Positions 10,449 to 20,166 of a stretch of DNA of 64,000 nucleotides are shown here, piece by piece (the stretch's first letter is position 1; every line of letters begins with the position of its first letter). Source of the DNA: Bacteroidales bacterium. GTDB lineage: Bacteria > Bacteroidota > Bacteroidia > Bacteroidales > Paludibacteraceae. Under the pieces are notes generated by a model, which saw only the letters and a program-made list of their open reading frames with translations, searched no databases and had not been told where the DNA came from. Position numbers and translations under genes: made by a program. Location: contig SUXE01000006.1 of the NCBI GenBank assembly GCA_015061115.1, forward strand, positions 1 to 64,000. The letters are read 5' to 3'.

Positions 10449-11255
10449 TCATTGTTCCAATATGTTTTCATTCACGAACTGTATGACTTTATCTGTTGTA
10501 AAATAATCTTCATGTTTGATTCCACTGAATATCTGACATTTAGCGTTCTGATAACAGTTTGTCAGTTCCTTTTGAATTGTCTCATCAAGGGTTTTGTCTG
10601 CATCCGAACCGATTATTGTCACAGGGCAACTTGTATTCTGTGCGTATTGGTCGACTCTGATATTGTTTTTGATGAATACTTGCAAAGGTCCCCAGAAAAT
10701 AGGTATGATTTTATTATAAAGGTCCGCGCAAGTTCTGTAGCCAGATGCAAGCACCAAATGTTTGCATTCTCTGACGCTTGCCAAATAAGCTGCCATACCA
10801 CATCCGTAGCTGTGTCCGAAGATGTAAATGTCTTTGTTTGGAAAATTCTTCTTGACATAATCATACAGATCTTCTGCGGATTTTTGCATTGTTTCAAGGT
10901 TCATTGTCCCTTTGCTTTTCTGAGTGCCATAATAGTCTGCTGAAAGAAACGGACAGTTAAATTTTCCTGCGTATGTGCCTACTGAATTATAAGCGATAAA
11001 TGTTGAGCCTCCAAAAAACAGAATCACTTTATCTGATTGGGTGTCAAGGTTATATCCATACCCAGATAATGAATCATTGTATGATATTTCGACGGGAATA
11101 TATGCGACATTTGCTAATTGTCTGTCTCCTTTGTAGAATGAATATGATATATATTGCATGATTGCATCCGTTGAAAAGAATGCGATCAGCGTCCACATCA
11201 ATATTTTCAATATTATATATACAATACTCATTTTCCTACATTCCGTCGTTCCCAT
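10449..11255 (-). CDS. Membrane-anchored alpha/beta hydrolase (serine hydrolase)
   Basis: GHSYG nucleophile elbow; N-terminal TM. Confidence 0.75.
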   Translation of the reverse strand: MGTTECRKMSIVYIILKILMWTLIAFFSTDAIMQYISYSFYKGDRQLANVAYIPVEISYNDSLSGYGYNLDTQSDKVILFFGGSTFIAYNSVGTYAGKFNCPFLSADYYGTQKSKGTMNLETMQKSAEDLYDYVKKNFPNKDIYIFGHSYGCGMAAYLASVRECKHLVLASGYRTCADLYNKIIPIFWGPLQVFIKNNIRVDQYAQNTSCPVTIIGSDADKTLDETIQKELTNCYQNAKCQIFSGIKHEDYFTTDKVIQFVNENILEQ

Positions 11256-11315
11256 TTCAGCCTCCGTTTCTGATTCTCAATGGTATTTGATTTTGGAATA
11301 GAGTCTGAATGGTTG

Positions 11316-12335
11316 TTATTTTGTTGCTTTAGAGCTTACATTCTGCAAATGAGCTGGCACACATTGAATCCATTTTTGATTATGGACAGGAAGCTGCGAC
11401 GGTGGAAGATTGATGCATTCCTTTTTAGGAACGTTGATCGTGAATGTCTTGCCTGGATGTCTTTTCAGACTGTTGTCTCTCATCCATGCATTACTGTCTT
11501 TCAGGATCTGCAGCGTCAATCCATATGATTTTGCAAACTCAGTCAAATTAGGAATGGCTGTGTCCACTTGTACGGCGAATGTCTCAACTGGGAAATACAG
11601 CTCGTTTTGTGTCAGGTAGAATCCTACGCGTGAAGGATCTTCCAATACATATTTAGCCAACAGAATTCTGTAGACATATCTGTTTGTCTCCTCGCTGAAC
11701 TGCATATCGAAGAAGTTTCTTGTCTGTTGAGCTTCGATCTGTCGCATCACTCTTGCTCTTCCTGTGTTGTAAGACGCTGCGGCGAGTGTCCAGCTGCCAG
11801 TGGCGTCATAAGAGGCTTTCAGGTGTCGGCATGCGGCACGTGTGGCTTTTTCAAGGTTGTAGCGCTCATCCACGTCTGGTGTGATGACAAGTCCAGCCTC
11901 TTTGCCGGTCTGCTCCATAATCTGCCATATTCCGGCTGCTTTTGTAGGAGACAATGCTCTTTGATCCAAACAACTCTCGATAACAGCCAGATATTTGAAA
12001 TCATCAGGAATACCTTCCTCTTTCAGAATTTTCTCAAGTATAGGGAAATATCTGTTGGCACGTTTGATCATCAAGAAAATGCTTGAGTGGAAGTAGCTGA
12101 AACTCAATAGTTCACGGTCGAATCTCTCACGCATATAGTAATTCTTCAGCTCTAATTTCTCTCCGCAGAATTCTATGTTTTGTGGTATAGACGGTGCAAT
12201 GTAAATCTGTGACGGATCCACAGCACATGCTGCTCCAGACTGGATTGTGTTCTCACTGTTGTCGGCAATCATACATTGTGAGCAAAGTAGAACCATTGCC
12301 AACGTCGCTCCACCTGCTATTATCTTGAATTTCAT
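11316..12335 (-). CDS. Lytic transglycosylase domain protein (MltD/Slt-like)
   Basis: Signal peptide; ESCLDQRALSPTKAAGIWQIM catalytic motif (ES...AAGLWQ). Confidence 0.8.
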   Translation of the reverse strand: MKFKIIAGGATLAMVLLCSQCMIADNSENTIQSGAACAVDPSQIYIAPSIPQNIEFCGEKLELKNYYMRERFDRELLSFSYFHSSIFLMIKRANRYFPILEKILKEEGIPDDFKYLAVIESCLDQRALSPTKAAGIWQIMEQTGKEAGLVITPDVDERYNLEKATRAACRHLKASYDATGSWTLAAASYNTGRARVMRQIEAQQTRNFFDMQFSEETNRYVYRILLAKYVLEDPSRVGFYLTQNELYFPVETFAVQVDTAIPNLTEFAKSYGLTLQILKDSNAWMRDNSLKRHPGKTFTINVPKKECINLPPSQLPVHNQKWIQCVPAHLQNVSSKATK

Positions 12336-12382
12336 TTTTGTTAGACCTAATTTATTATGCGTGGAAATTTATTTGTTTCCAT

Positions 12383-13510
12383 TTACGCATGGAATATAAG
12401 TGTAGGGAATTTTCCTTCAAACACCATTCTTCTTGTGACTCCGGTTTCTCCTGTGTTGAAAATACGGGAGATAAGTTTTCCTCTATGTGTTGTCATTGAC
12501 AAAACGGATATGTTTTTTTCTTCCATATAGCTGTTTATGCTTTTGCATGGACTTACTCCGTCAAGGATAGCGGTGTCTGCTTTGGCAGTAGGGTAGTGCT
12601 CTGCAAAATAGCTTTTTATTCCATTAAGTTTGATTTCATCCCAAGTGTCCTTTGATCCTGATTCACGGAAATGCACAAGGTTGACTTCTATTTCCTGGAA
12701 CGAAAGACGTGACATCATTTTGGAGAATGCTACCAAATCACGGTCGTCAAAGTTTGTGATGAACATGATTTTTTTCACCATGTCGACACTGTTGAACTCA
12801 AGGTTCTCTGGCAATACAAACACAGGTATCGGAGCTCCTTCTGCGACTTCAGCGCTGACACTTCCGATCATATCAACCTCTTTTTTCGCTCTTTCTCTCG
12901 TCGACATGATAATCATTTCTGGACGGAGAATTTCAGAATATTTGATGATCTGCTCCTCTGGCACACCTTCCAAAGCAATACATTTGAATTTAGTATCGGC
13001 AAGTTCACCTGCATCAATACGTTGTTGTATAGTCTTTTGGTATTCCTCTGCACGTTGTTTAGCTTCCGAATGGGCTCTCTCAACACGTTCGCGAAGAGCT
13101 TCTTTGTCGTAGTCGAACATACGGTTGAGGATAGTAAGGTTCTCAGTCTCTTCGGTAGAGTAGACATTAAGCATTTCGATTTCCGCACCGACTGCTTTTG
13201 CCCAAGAAAAAGCAAGTGGAAATGCCTTCTCACTTGTCTCTGTGTAGTCGAATGGAAGAAGTATCACCTTGCGGTTGTTCGCTTCTGTGTTTGGAATTCG
13301 TTTAGTGCCTTCTGAATTCATACTTTCAACGATGGCCAATGCTTTTGACAAGTCCGCCTCATCAATTTTCACTCTGAAACCTCCTGTGAGTGAAGGGAAT
13401 AACTGATTCACCTCTTCTGTGAAAGCATCTATTCCATTTGCTTTTAAGATGTGAACAAGCGTTTGGGCTTTTAATTCAGTATGTATCGCTAACGTCACAA
13501 AATTTGCCAT
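12383..13510 (-). CDS. Universal stress protein family protein (tandem USP domains plus a small N-terminal domain)
   Basis: USP-like ATP-binding segments (GSVSAEV..., C-terminal VTRRMV...). Confidence 0.55.
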   Translation of the reverse strand: MANFVTLAIHTELKAQTLVHILKANGIDAFTEEVNQLFPSLTGGFRVKIDEADLSKALAIVESMNSEGTKRIPNTEANNRKVILLPFDYTETSEKAFPLAFSWAKAVGAEIEMLNVYSTEETENLTILNRMFDYDKEALRERVERAHSEAKQRAEEYQKTIQQRIDAGELADTKFKCIALEGVPEEQIIKYSEILRPEMIIMSTRERAKKEVDMIGSVSAEVAEGAPIPVFVLPENLEFNSVDMVKKIMFITNFDDRDLVAFSKMMSRLSFQEIEVNLVHFRESGSKDTWDEIKLNGIKSYFAEHYPTAKADTAILDGVSPCKSINSYMEEKNISVLSMTTHRGKLISRIFNTGETGVTRRMVFEGKFPTLIFHA

Positions 13511-13562
13511 AATGAAGTATGTTTTCTAATTTGTCGTAAAAGTAGTAAAAAATAATTTAATT

Positions 13563-13599
13563 GCAAAAAAAAAGGAGACGATGCTTGCACCGTCTCCTT
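13563..13599 (-). terminator. Rho-independent terminator (9-bp stem AAGGAGACG/CGTCTCCTT) for the flotillin operon
   Basis: A-run precedes the hairpin on the plus strand, which is a U-run after it on the minus strand. Confidence 0.5.
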
Positions 13600-13618
13600 G
13601 GGATATTATTGAAATTTT

Positions 13619-15031
13619 TTATTTCTTCTTGTCTCCGGCAACACCAGCTGCGTTTGACTGCTCTTTGATCTCCTCTGCCTCTACATCTTTTGGCTCATCT
13701 TTCTTTTTTGCCAAGTATTCTGGAAGGCTCATTCCTGCCTGGTCGAACAACTCTGACAATGGGGGAACACTCTTCATCAGACCTGATAGAAAGTTGGCTG
13801 TGCTTGTCTTGCCATCGCCATTTCCTCCACCGTTATCCCAAACAGTAACCTTGTCGATCTGGATGCCCTTGATTGCGTCAACCTGTGTCTTAACCAATTC
13901 AGGAAGCTTCTCAAGTAGCAATAGTGTGTATGCCTTTGTAGCGTCGCCACCTGCTGCCTGAATCATTCGGTCGTAACCGTCAGCCTGCTTAGTAAGGATC
14001 TCGTACAAACCTTTGGCCTCTGCTTCCATCTTAGCGTAGATGGCGTCAGCCTCTCCTTTAGCGTTTACTCTCTTCTGCTCAGCCTCAGCCTCTGCGGCGA
14101 TCACCAAACGTTTCTTTTCAATCTCCTGTGCGACGATGACGTTGGCAGTCTGTGTAGAACGCTCACGGTCTGCACGTGCCTCCTCGGCTTTCTGCTCAGC
14201 TGCGTAAGCCTCTTCCAATGCTTTCGCCTGTGCAACCTTCTCTGCTGCTGTAGCTTTACGCTGTGCCTCTGCCTCTGCCTCACGACGGTCAGCATCTGAT
14301 TTTGCGATATTTACCTTTGCTTCGTTCTCTCCCTTTACAGCTGCTGCGTTTGCCTCTGCTGTACGGATACGTGTCTCACGAATTGCATCAGCCTTACCGA
14401 TTTCTCCGATTTTCTCCTGCTCTGCCACACGAACCTTAGCCTCGTTGATAGCCTTTGCTGCAGCCTCCTGACCTAGAGCCTCGATATATCCAGACTCATC
14501 CTTGATATCGGTTACGTTTACGTTGATAAGCTTCAAACCGATCTTCTTCAACTCGACCTCCACGTTTGCTGTGATGGCTTCAAGGAACTTGTCACGGTCT
14601 GAGTTCAACTCCTCGATACTCATTGTCGCGATAACAAGACGCAACTGACCGAAAAGGATATCTCTTGCCAACTCCTGGATCTGTGTTGCGCTTAGTCCAA
14701 GCAAACGCTCTGCTGCTGCAAGCATTGTCTCAGGCTCTGTGCTGATACCTACTGTGAATCGACAAGGCACGTCTACACGGATGTTCTGCTTTGATAGTGC
14801 GTTTGTCAAGTTCGCATCAATACCAATAGGAGTCAATGACAGGTAAGCGTAGTCCTGGATGATTGGGAATACGAATGTACCACCTCCATGGACACATTTC
14901 GCACTTTTGTTTCCTCCTGATGTTCCATAGACTACCAAAACTTTGTCTGATGGACAACGACGGTAGCGATTGATTAATGCGGCAACAACTCCGATAACGA
15001 CCGCAATGATGACGAAAATAAATGGTTCCAT
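13619..15031 (-). CDS. Flotillin/SPFH (band 7) family protein, YqiK-like
   Basis: N-terminal TM; SPFH domain; long Ala/Glu-rich coiled coil (EAEAQRKATAAEK...). Confidence 0.85.
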   Translation of the reverse strand: MEPFIFVIIAVVIGVVAALINRYRRCPSDKVLVVYGTSGGNKSAKCVHGGGTFVFPIIQDYAYLSLTPIGIDANLTNALSKQNIRVDVPCRFTVGISTEPETMLAAAERLLGLSATQIQELARDILFGQLRLVIATMSIEELNSDRDKFLEAITANVEVELKKIGLKLINVNVTDIKDESGYIEALGQEAAAKAINEAKVRVAEQEKIGEIGKADAIRETRIRTAEANAAAVKGENEAKVNIAKSDADRREAEAEAQRKATAAEKVAQAKALEEAYAAEQKAEEARADRERSTQTANVIVAQEIEKKRLVIAAEAEAEQKRVNAKGEADAIYAKMEAEAKGLYEILTKQADGYDRMIQAAGGDATKAYTLLLLEKLPELVKTQVDAIKGIQIDKVTVWDNGGGNGDGKTSTANFLSGLMKSVPPLSELFDQAGMSLPEYLAKKKDEPKDVEAEEIKEQSNAAGVAGDKKK

Positions 15032-15067
15032 ACTTATAAATTAATTTTTTATTTGATTTCTAATCTG

Positions 15068-15649
15068 TTAGAGTTTTTCAACGTGAAGAATGTTGTTGTT
15101 TAATACCTCCATCACCACAACTTTTGTGCCTGTAGGAATCATCTCTCCATCTGTCACTGCGTCAATCTCTTGCACAGAACCGTCGAAACTGATCTGCACT
15201 TTTCCTGTTCCTGTTCTGTTTGCAGGAATTCTCAAGTAGACGTTGCATGTTTTGCCTTCTGCTGTGTTGATGTCAAAAGCTCCGTTTGACTCAAGCTTCA
15301 TCATTTTTTTGAATAAGTAGATGAACATGGCTACGAAGGCTAGTCCACATAAGAAGGCTACTATTCCAAGTATGATGCTATTAGGGATGCTGTCGTAAAA
15401 ACAAACACCTGCCCAACTGAAACCTAATAAGAAGTTGATTGCATTTTTGATGGACAACATGTCGGAAAATCCACTTGAATCCAATGCGTCTCCTCCGTCT
15501 AAATCAATATCCATATCAAAATCTCCAAGTCCGATCAATGAAAGAATAGTCTGGATTACAAATATGGTTGATGTGACTAATGCGATCGCCCAATAAACCT
15601 TAATTCCTGGCTCAAGATTGTTGAACCAATCTAAAAATGTATCTACCAT
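15068..15649 (-). CDS. NfeD/YqiJ-like membrane protein (flotillin partner)
   Basis: Multi-TM N-terminus plus a C-terminal OB-like beta domain; immediately upstream of the flotillin gene. Confidence 0.65.
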   Translation of the reverse strand: MVDTFLDWFNNLEPGIKVYWAIALVTSTIFVIQTILSLIGLGDFDMDIDLDGGDALDSSGFSDMLSIKNAINFLLGFSWAGVCFYDSIPNSIILGIVAFLCGLAFVAMFIYLFKKMMKLESNGAFDINTAEGKTCNVYLRIPANRTGTGKVQISFDGSVQEIDAVTDGEMIPTGTKVVVMEVLNNNILHVEKL

Positions 15650-15994
15650 AACTATGTCCTCCTAATATTAAAATTTAATTATTTTTCTGTTTCTACAAAT
15701 ATAGAAATTCTGTACAATATTTTATTAGATTAAAGATGAATTAGCACGTCGATTTAGATTTATTTAACAATTATAAATGAGTGTTGTTGTTTGATTGGAT
15801 CTTATTATGCTATGGAATACCTAAAAATGAAAAATTTCTGTGTATATAATGAGGCATCGTAAAAAATCAATAATTTTGTTTTTCAGTTGGCGTTTGTTAA
15901 AAAAATGAGGAATACTAAACCACAAAAATATAAACCTAATTGAAAATAAAGTCTAAAAGAAATTTACACAAAACAATCTATTAAATAAAGCATT

Positions 15995-16789
15995 ATGGTT
16001 GGATTTTTTATAGAAAATGGAGTTTCTAAAGGAATTATATTTGGATTTTCTAAAGGAATTATGTTTGGAGTCTCTGAAGGAGTTTTCTTTGAATACAAAG
16101 GAAAGCTTATGTCTTTTTCTCCGTCTTATGATGGATTATACATAAGTGAGTATATTTCAGATTATAGAGAAATCACGAAGGAGGAAAGAAAGTATATTAA
16201 TGATATGGGTTTTGATTTGGTTTTAGTGAATGATAATCCCATTGTTTTTAGAGATTTTTCTTGTCTGGAAGAGGCGGTTAAAAAGAATGATGAATATCGT
16301 CTTAGTATGAATTGGGGTAAAAGCTATGTCCTCAGTTTACGTAAAAAAATAGAATTGGAAGATATTAAAGCATTTTATCGGATAGATTCTTTTCTTCAAA
16401 TTCAAGGTATGAAGTTTCGTTTTTCCAAAACATTATATTTTAAGAAAGATGGGGATTACTTTAGAGATAAATTTGACATATCACCTGATGATTTGACTGA
16501 AGAACAAATCATCACATTGAAGAGTCTTGGTTGCGTGTTTACACGTGATATCCCAGCAAACAGAGGAGAGCGGGCTCAATTCATGACTTGTCTTGTCCCA
16601 TTTAATGCTATTGACGGATTTGTAATTGAAAAACAAAATTTGGATATAAATTCTATTGCAGAGTATAAGCAAAGATCTGTCGGAGAAAAGGAAATTTATT
16701 TTCTTGATAAAGAGAATCCAGATCCTGAACTTTGGGAAATGTTGGAGTCTCACTGGCTTATTTATGACATGAGACCATATGGTGCTTGA
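15995..16789 (+). CDS. Hypothetical protein in an AT-rich islet (true start may be M at ~16108)
   Basis: Long ORF with no recognisable domains. The 5' end is made of three 24-bp tandem repeats. Confidence 0.45.
   Translation: MVGFFIENGVSKGIIFGFSKGIMFGVSEGVFFEYKGKLMSFSPSYDGLYISEYISDYREITKEERKYINDMGFDLVLVNDNPIVFRDFSCLEEAVKKNDEYRLSMNWGKSYVLSLRKKIELEDIKAFYRIDSFLQIQGMKFRFSKTLYFKKDGDYFRDKFDISPDDLTEEQIITLKSLGCVFTRDIPANRGERAQFMTCLVPFNAIDGFVIEKQNLDINSIAEYKQRSVGEKEIYFLDKENPDPELWEMLESHWLIYDMRPYGA
16019..16090 (+). repeat. Three tandem ~24-bp repeats (agtttctaaaggaattatatttgga / ttttctaaaggaattatgtttgga / gtctctgaaggagttttctttgaa)
   Basis: Seen directly; translates to GVSKGIIFG/FSKGIMFG/VSEGVFF. Confidence 0.5.
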
Positions 16790-16977
16790 TCAATAAATGT
16801 AGAGTTCTTTGCGAATTCAGTGTGTTTGACGGCAAAAAGATTTACTAATGATAAAGAATTTGACAACAAAAATGCTTCGATATGTATCATATTTTTTTGA
16901 CCCATCGTTATAGGTGATAAATTATATGCTTATTCAAGAGAAACTGAAGAACTTTTTGTTTTTGAAAAATAAAGATT

Positions 16978-17451
16978 ATGAATAAAGAAAGATTGTCAGA
17001 ATGGAAGTCATTTAATGACTACGAAGAAATAGTGTCAATAATAAAAAATGGCGGATTAAATGATTTTGTTGCAGGTAGAGTTCTAAAACAGGGAGGTTAT
17101 ACACAATCTCCAGGTGATGACATTACTCATGCGGGAATTGTCCTTATGTTTTTAGATGCAATAATGACAGAAGGAAATCTAACAAATCAGGAGATAAATG
17201 ATGCTTTGTCTAAACTTGAAATTTGTACTTTACTTGATGTATGGTTAGTTGTGTCTTATATAAGTGAGTATTTTGGAATTACAACTCTGTTTCATGATTT
17301 GATTCTTGAAATTAACGTTGATATGTTGTCTGAAAAAATTAGGACTTGTGATAAAACCTATCAACAAGATAGTGTCGTCCGAAACTTTATTGAGACTATT
17401 TCGAAGGAATATGGTTACAATGTGGTTCCCTCGTTAGACTCAATTGTGTGA
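16978..17451 (+). CDS. Hypothetical protein, paralog 1 of the tandem pair
   Basis: 157 aa. C-terminal 69 aa are identical to paralog 2. Confidence 0.7.
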   Translation: MNKERLSEWKSFNDYEEIVSIIKNGGLNDFVAGRVLKQGGYTQSPGDDITHAGIVLMFLDAIMTEGNLTNQEINDALSKLEICTLLDVWLVVSYISEYFGITTLFHDLILEINVDMLSEKIRTCDKTYQQDSVVRNFIETISKEYGYNVVPSLDSIV

Positions 17452-17635
17452 TATTTTTGATTATTGACTTTTGAATTAGATTTAATTCGGAATGATAATT
17501 GATTATGATAAAGAAATAGACAACAAAAATGCTTCGATATGTATCATATTTTTTTGATTCATCGTTATAGATGATAAAGTATATGCTTATTCAAGAGAAA
17601 CTGAAGAACTTTTTGTTTTTGAAAAAATAAAGATT

Positions 17636-18109
17636 ATGAATAAAGAAAGATTGTCAGTATGGAAGTCAAAAAAAGACTACGAAAAAATAGTGTCAATAAT
17701 AAAAAATGGCAGATTAGATGATTTTGTTGTAGGTAGAGTTCTAAAACAGGGAGGTTATACTCAATCTCCAGGTGATGACATTACTCATGCGGGAATTGTC
17801 CTTATGTATTTAGATGCAATAATGACAGAAGGATATATAACAAATCAGGAGATAAATGATGCTTTGTCTAAACTTGAAATTTGTACTTTACTTGATGCAT
17901 GGTTAGTTGTGTCTTATATAAGTGAGTATTTTGGAATTACAACTCTGTTTCATGATTTGATTCTTGAAATTAACGTTGATATGTTGTCTGAAAAAATTAG
18001 GACTTGTGATAAAACCTATCAACAAGATAGTGTCGTCCGAAACTTTATTGAGACTATTTCGAAGGAATATGGTTACAATGTGGTTCCCTCGTTAGACTCA
18101 ATTGTGTGA
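17636..18109 (+). CDS. Hypothetical protein, paralog 2 of the tandem pair
   Basis: 157 aa. Eleven differences from paralog 1, all within the first 88 residues. Confidence 0.7.
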   Translation: MNKERLSVWKSKKDYEKIVSIIKNGRLDDFVVGRVLKQGGYTQSPGDDITHAGIVLMYLDAIMTEGYITNQEINDALSKLEICTLLDAWLVVSYISEYFGITTLFHDLILEINVDMLSEKIRTCDKTYQQDSVVRNFIETISKEYGYNVVPSLDSIV

Positions 18110-18201
18110 TATTTTTGATTATTGACTTTTGAATTAGATTTAATTCGGAATGATAATTGATTATGATAAAGAAATAGACAACAAAAATGCTTCGATATGT
18201 A

Positions 18202-18226
18202 AGGGGCAGGTTAGAAACCTGCCCCT
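18202..18226. terminator. Perfect 11-bp hairpin AGGGGCAGGTT-aga-AACCTGCCCCT, likely a bidirectional terminator
   Basis: Sits at the junction where the third repeat copy is truncated, between the paralog array (+) and the rhomboid gene (-). Confidence 0.5.
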
Positions 18227-18260
18227 ACGGATTTGTGATATATATTAAAATGTGGTTGAT

Positions 18261-18848
18261 TTAAAATTGTGAAATAAAATGGTTTATCACATTCGGAATT
18301 GTCAGAATCGTGAATAACACTCCGAAGATGGCTCCTGAAATGTGTGCCTCATGACCTATATTATCCATGTTCTTCTTTGCCATGTATGAGGAATAGATAA
18401 GAAACAAAACCGCAAAAATTATCGCTTTTATCGGAATCACAAAGATATAGATCGTGCTGAATGGATTTATTAGAATAAATGAGAATAATATTGCGTTCAC
18501 TGCTCCTGACGCTCCAATTGCCGAGTATCTTGGATCATCTTTATGTTGGTATAGTGATATGAGCGACGACGCTGGAATAGAGAGTAGGTAGAATAATATG
18601 AACGACATCTCTCCATTTATAGCTGTGAATATTTGCTCCTGTGTCCTGCCGAAGAAATATAATGTCAGCATGTTGAAAAAGAGGTGTGTCCAATCAGCAT
18701 GGACGAAACCATTGGTTATCAGCCTGTAATATTCTTTATTGTGAACTACCTTGTATGGCTTGAATGACAATTTCTCAAACAACTCTTCGTTGTTGAATGC
18801 CTGATATGAAACAAGGCATGTTGCGGCAATGATGATGTATGTAATCAA
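18261..18848 (-). CDS. Rhomboid family intramembrane serine protease
   Basis: 195 aa, 6 TM; GASGAV (GxSG) serine motif and a downstream His. Confidence 0.75.
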   Translation of the reverse strand: MITYIIIAATCLVSYQAFNNEELFEKLSFKPYKVVHNKEYYRLITNGFVHADWTHLFFNMLTLYFFGRTQEQIFTAINGEMSFILFYLLSIPASSLISLYQHKDDPRYSAIGASGAVNAILFSFILINPFSTIYIFVIPIKAIIFAVLFLIYSSYMAKKNMDNIGHEAHISGAIFGVLFTILTIPNVINHFISQF

Positions 18849-18936
18849 AATTTAATCTTTTAGTTATAAAATGTTGAATGTTATTTGTTTGTGGGTGTTT
18901 TTGCGAGTAGCCGCCGCAAAATCGCCACATTGATAT

Positions 18937-19362
18937 TTAGCTTTTTTGGCTTATTGCCTCCAGTGTGCGGCTTAAAGATTTGACTGTGTCGCTAAGGTTG
19001 CTTTTGTCTTCTTGAAGCTGTGCCACCATTTCTCTGAGATCAGACAATTCTTTTTTGAGGCGATTTATTTCTTTTTCTCTTTCTTTATCTTCCGCTTCCT
19101 CCCAGCTTTGGGCAGATGCGTCTATTTTTGTCATAGTTCCTTCTCCATACAAAAGCCATTCTCTATTAAGTTCTGGAATTAAATTGCATAATCTATTTAT
19201 AAAGTCTTTAGGTTCGTCGACCTTTCCGTTTATAACTTGAGAAAATGACGACTCGTTTTGATATCCTAATTTGACACCTAAATCCTTCTGACTTGATACT
19301 ATACCGTTTTCCTTGCAGTATCTTATCAAACTTTTGAATCTATCTATCTTTTTCATACTCAA
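18937..19362 (-). CDS. HTH DNA-binding protein with a C-terminal coiled coil (cI-like repressor candidate)
   Basis: N-terminal HTH-like segment (SQKDLGVKLGYQNESSFSQVINGK); divergent from the downstream phage genes. Confidence 0.5.
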   Translation of the reverse strand: MSMKKIDRFKSLIRYCKENGIVSSQKDLGVKLGYQNESSFSQVINGKVDEPKDFINRLCNLIPELNREWLLYGEGTMTKIDASAQSWEEAEDKEREKEINRLKKELSDLREMVAQLQEDKSNLSDTVKSLSRTLEAISQKS

Positions 19363-19380
19363 TATATTATAAACATTTTT

Positions 19381-19431
19381 GTAAAGTCTTTATATTTTTC
19401 TTTGGATAGAATATAAAGTCTTTATATTTTT
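19381..19431. promoter_or_regulatory. Two 18-nt direct repeats (taaagtctttatattttt) in the divergent intergenic region; candidate operators
   Basis: Exact repeat at 19381-19399 and 19412-19431, between the HTH gene (-) and ORF 19516 (+). Confidence 0.4.
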
Positions 19432-19515
19432 GCATTGTCAAAATGAAACAAGTTGCTAAAATAGTTTAGCAATAAGTTACAAAATAAATAAACGGAATCT
19501 AAAAAAACAAGAAAT

Positions 19516-19911
19516 ATGACAAAAGAAGAATTTGAAACGTTGGTGGGCTACCCTGTAGCGGATCAAGAATACAAGCGAGCAATGGCAGTGTATATGGCTT
19601 GCTCTTGTAGCCTTGATGATTTTATTAAGGATTACAAAGCCCATAAATGTGACTTACTGCTAGATATAGCAGAAAGTCTAAACTTTGAGAAGAATCAAAA
19701 GGAACATGCGAACGACACATTGCTAAGTCTTGCCGAATGTATCATGTCTGAAGTGGAAGACGCTGGCGAAAATTGTGGTAAGCATCTGGCGACACTTAGA
19801 GACCACGCACGCATCGCGCTTGGCGCACGTCACTTCGTAAGACTATGTCTTGAAAAAGGCTATTCCCTGCAGGATGCGGATAGAGAATATCTTCTGAGAG
19901 CATTGTCTTAA
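19516..19911 (+). CDS. Hypothetical protein (position of an early-region cro/antirepressor-like gene)
   Basis: 131-aa ORF with no recognisable domain. Confidence 0.45.
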   Translation: MTKEEFETLVGYPVADQEYKRAMAVYMACSCSLDDFIKDYKAHKCDLLLDIAESLNFEKNQKEHANDTLLSLAECIMSEVEDAGENCGKHLATLRDHARIALGARHFVRLCLEKGYSLQDADREYLLRALS

Positions 19912-19922
19912 CTCAATCAATC

Positions 19923-20028
19923 CCCGTGTTTTTTTATGCTGTGAGGAATCACGGCTAAAAAATGGAAACAAAAGTGCTTTTCATACTGACTTATTTGAAT
20001 TAATGGGGGTTCGAATCCCCCCACGGGG
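19923..20028 (+). ncRNA. tRNA-like structured RNA 'Z': perfect 7-bp acceptor-like stem CCCCGUG/CACGGGG, canonical T-arm GGGGG-UUCGAAU-CCCCC, internal 7-bp GGAA-tetraloop hairpin
   Basis: Folding by eye. At ~106 nt it is too long for, and lacks the cloverleaf of, a canonical tRNA. Confidence 0.4.
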
Positions 20029-20166
20029 ACAATGGTAATCATTCTGTTATTTACAAATCTGGCGACAGCGGTCGCGCCCTGCTATTGCTTGTGAAAGTAA
20101 AATGCAGGTTGGTGAAACTAAAATCATTTTTTTAACTGGCCCCTCCACGGGTTGGCGGGGCAAAAT

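Larger units (their letters stand above)
16846..18198 (+). repeat. Tandem duplication of a ~658-bp unit (two full copies and ~35 bp of a third); each unit carries one 157-aa gene
   Basis: Stretches of >150 nt are identical (e.g. gacaacaaaaatgcttcgatatgta at 16853, 17511 and 18171). Substitutions are clustered in the 5' third of each unit. Confidence 0.9.

Noticed and set aside
6339-13315. Numerous antisense or embedded ORFs within manA, glgB, rsmF, the USP and the flotillin genes (for example 460..648, 6339..6740, 8100..8345, 8471..8881, 12630..13112, 14101..14295)
   Set aside because: They are fully nested opposite or within well-supported genes and have biased, low-complexity translations, so they are frame artefacts.
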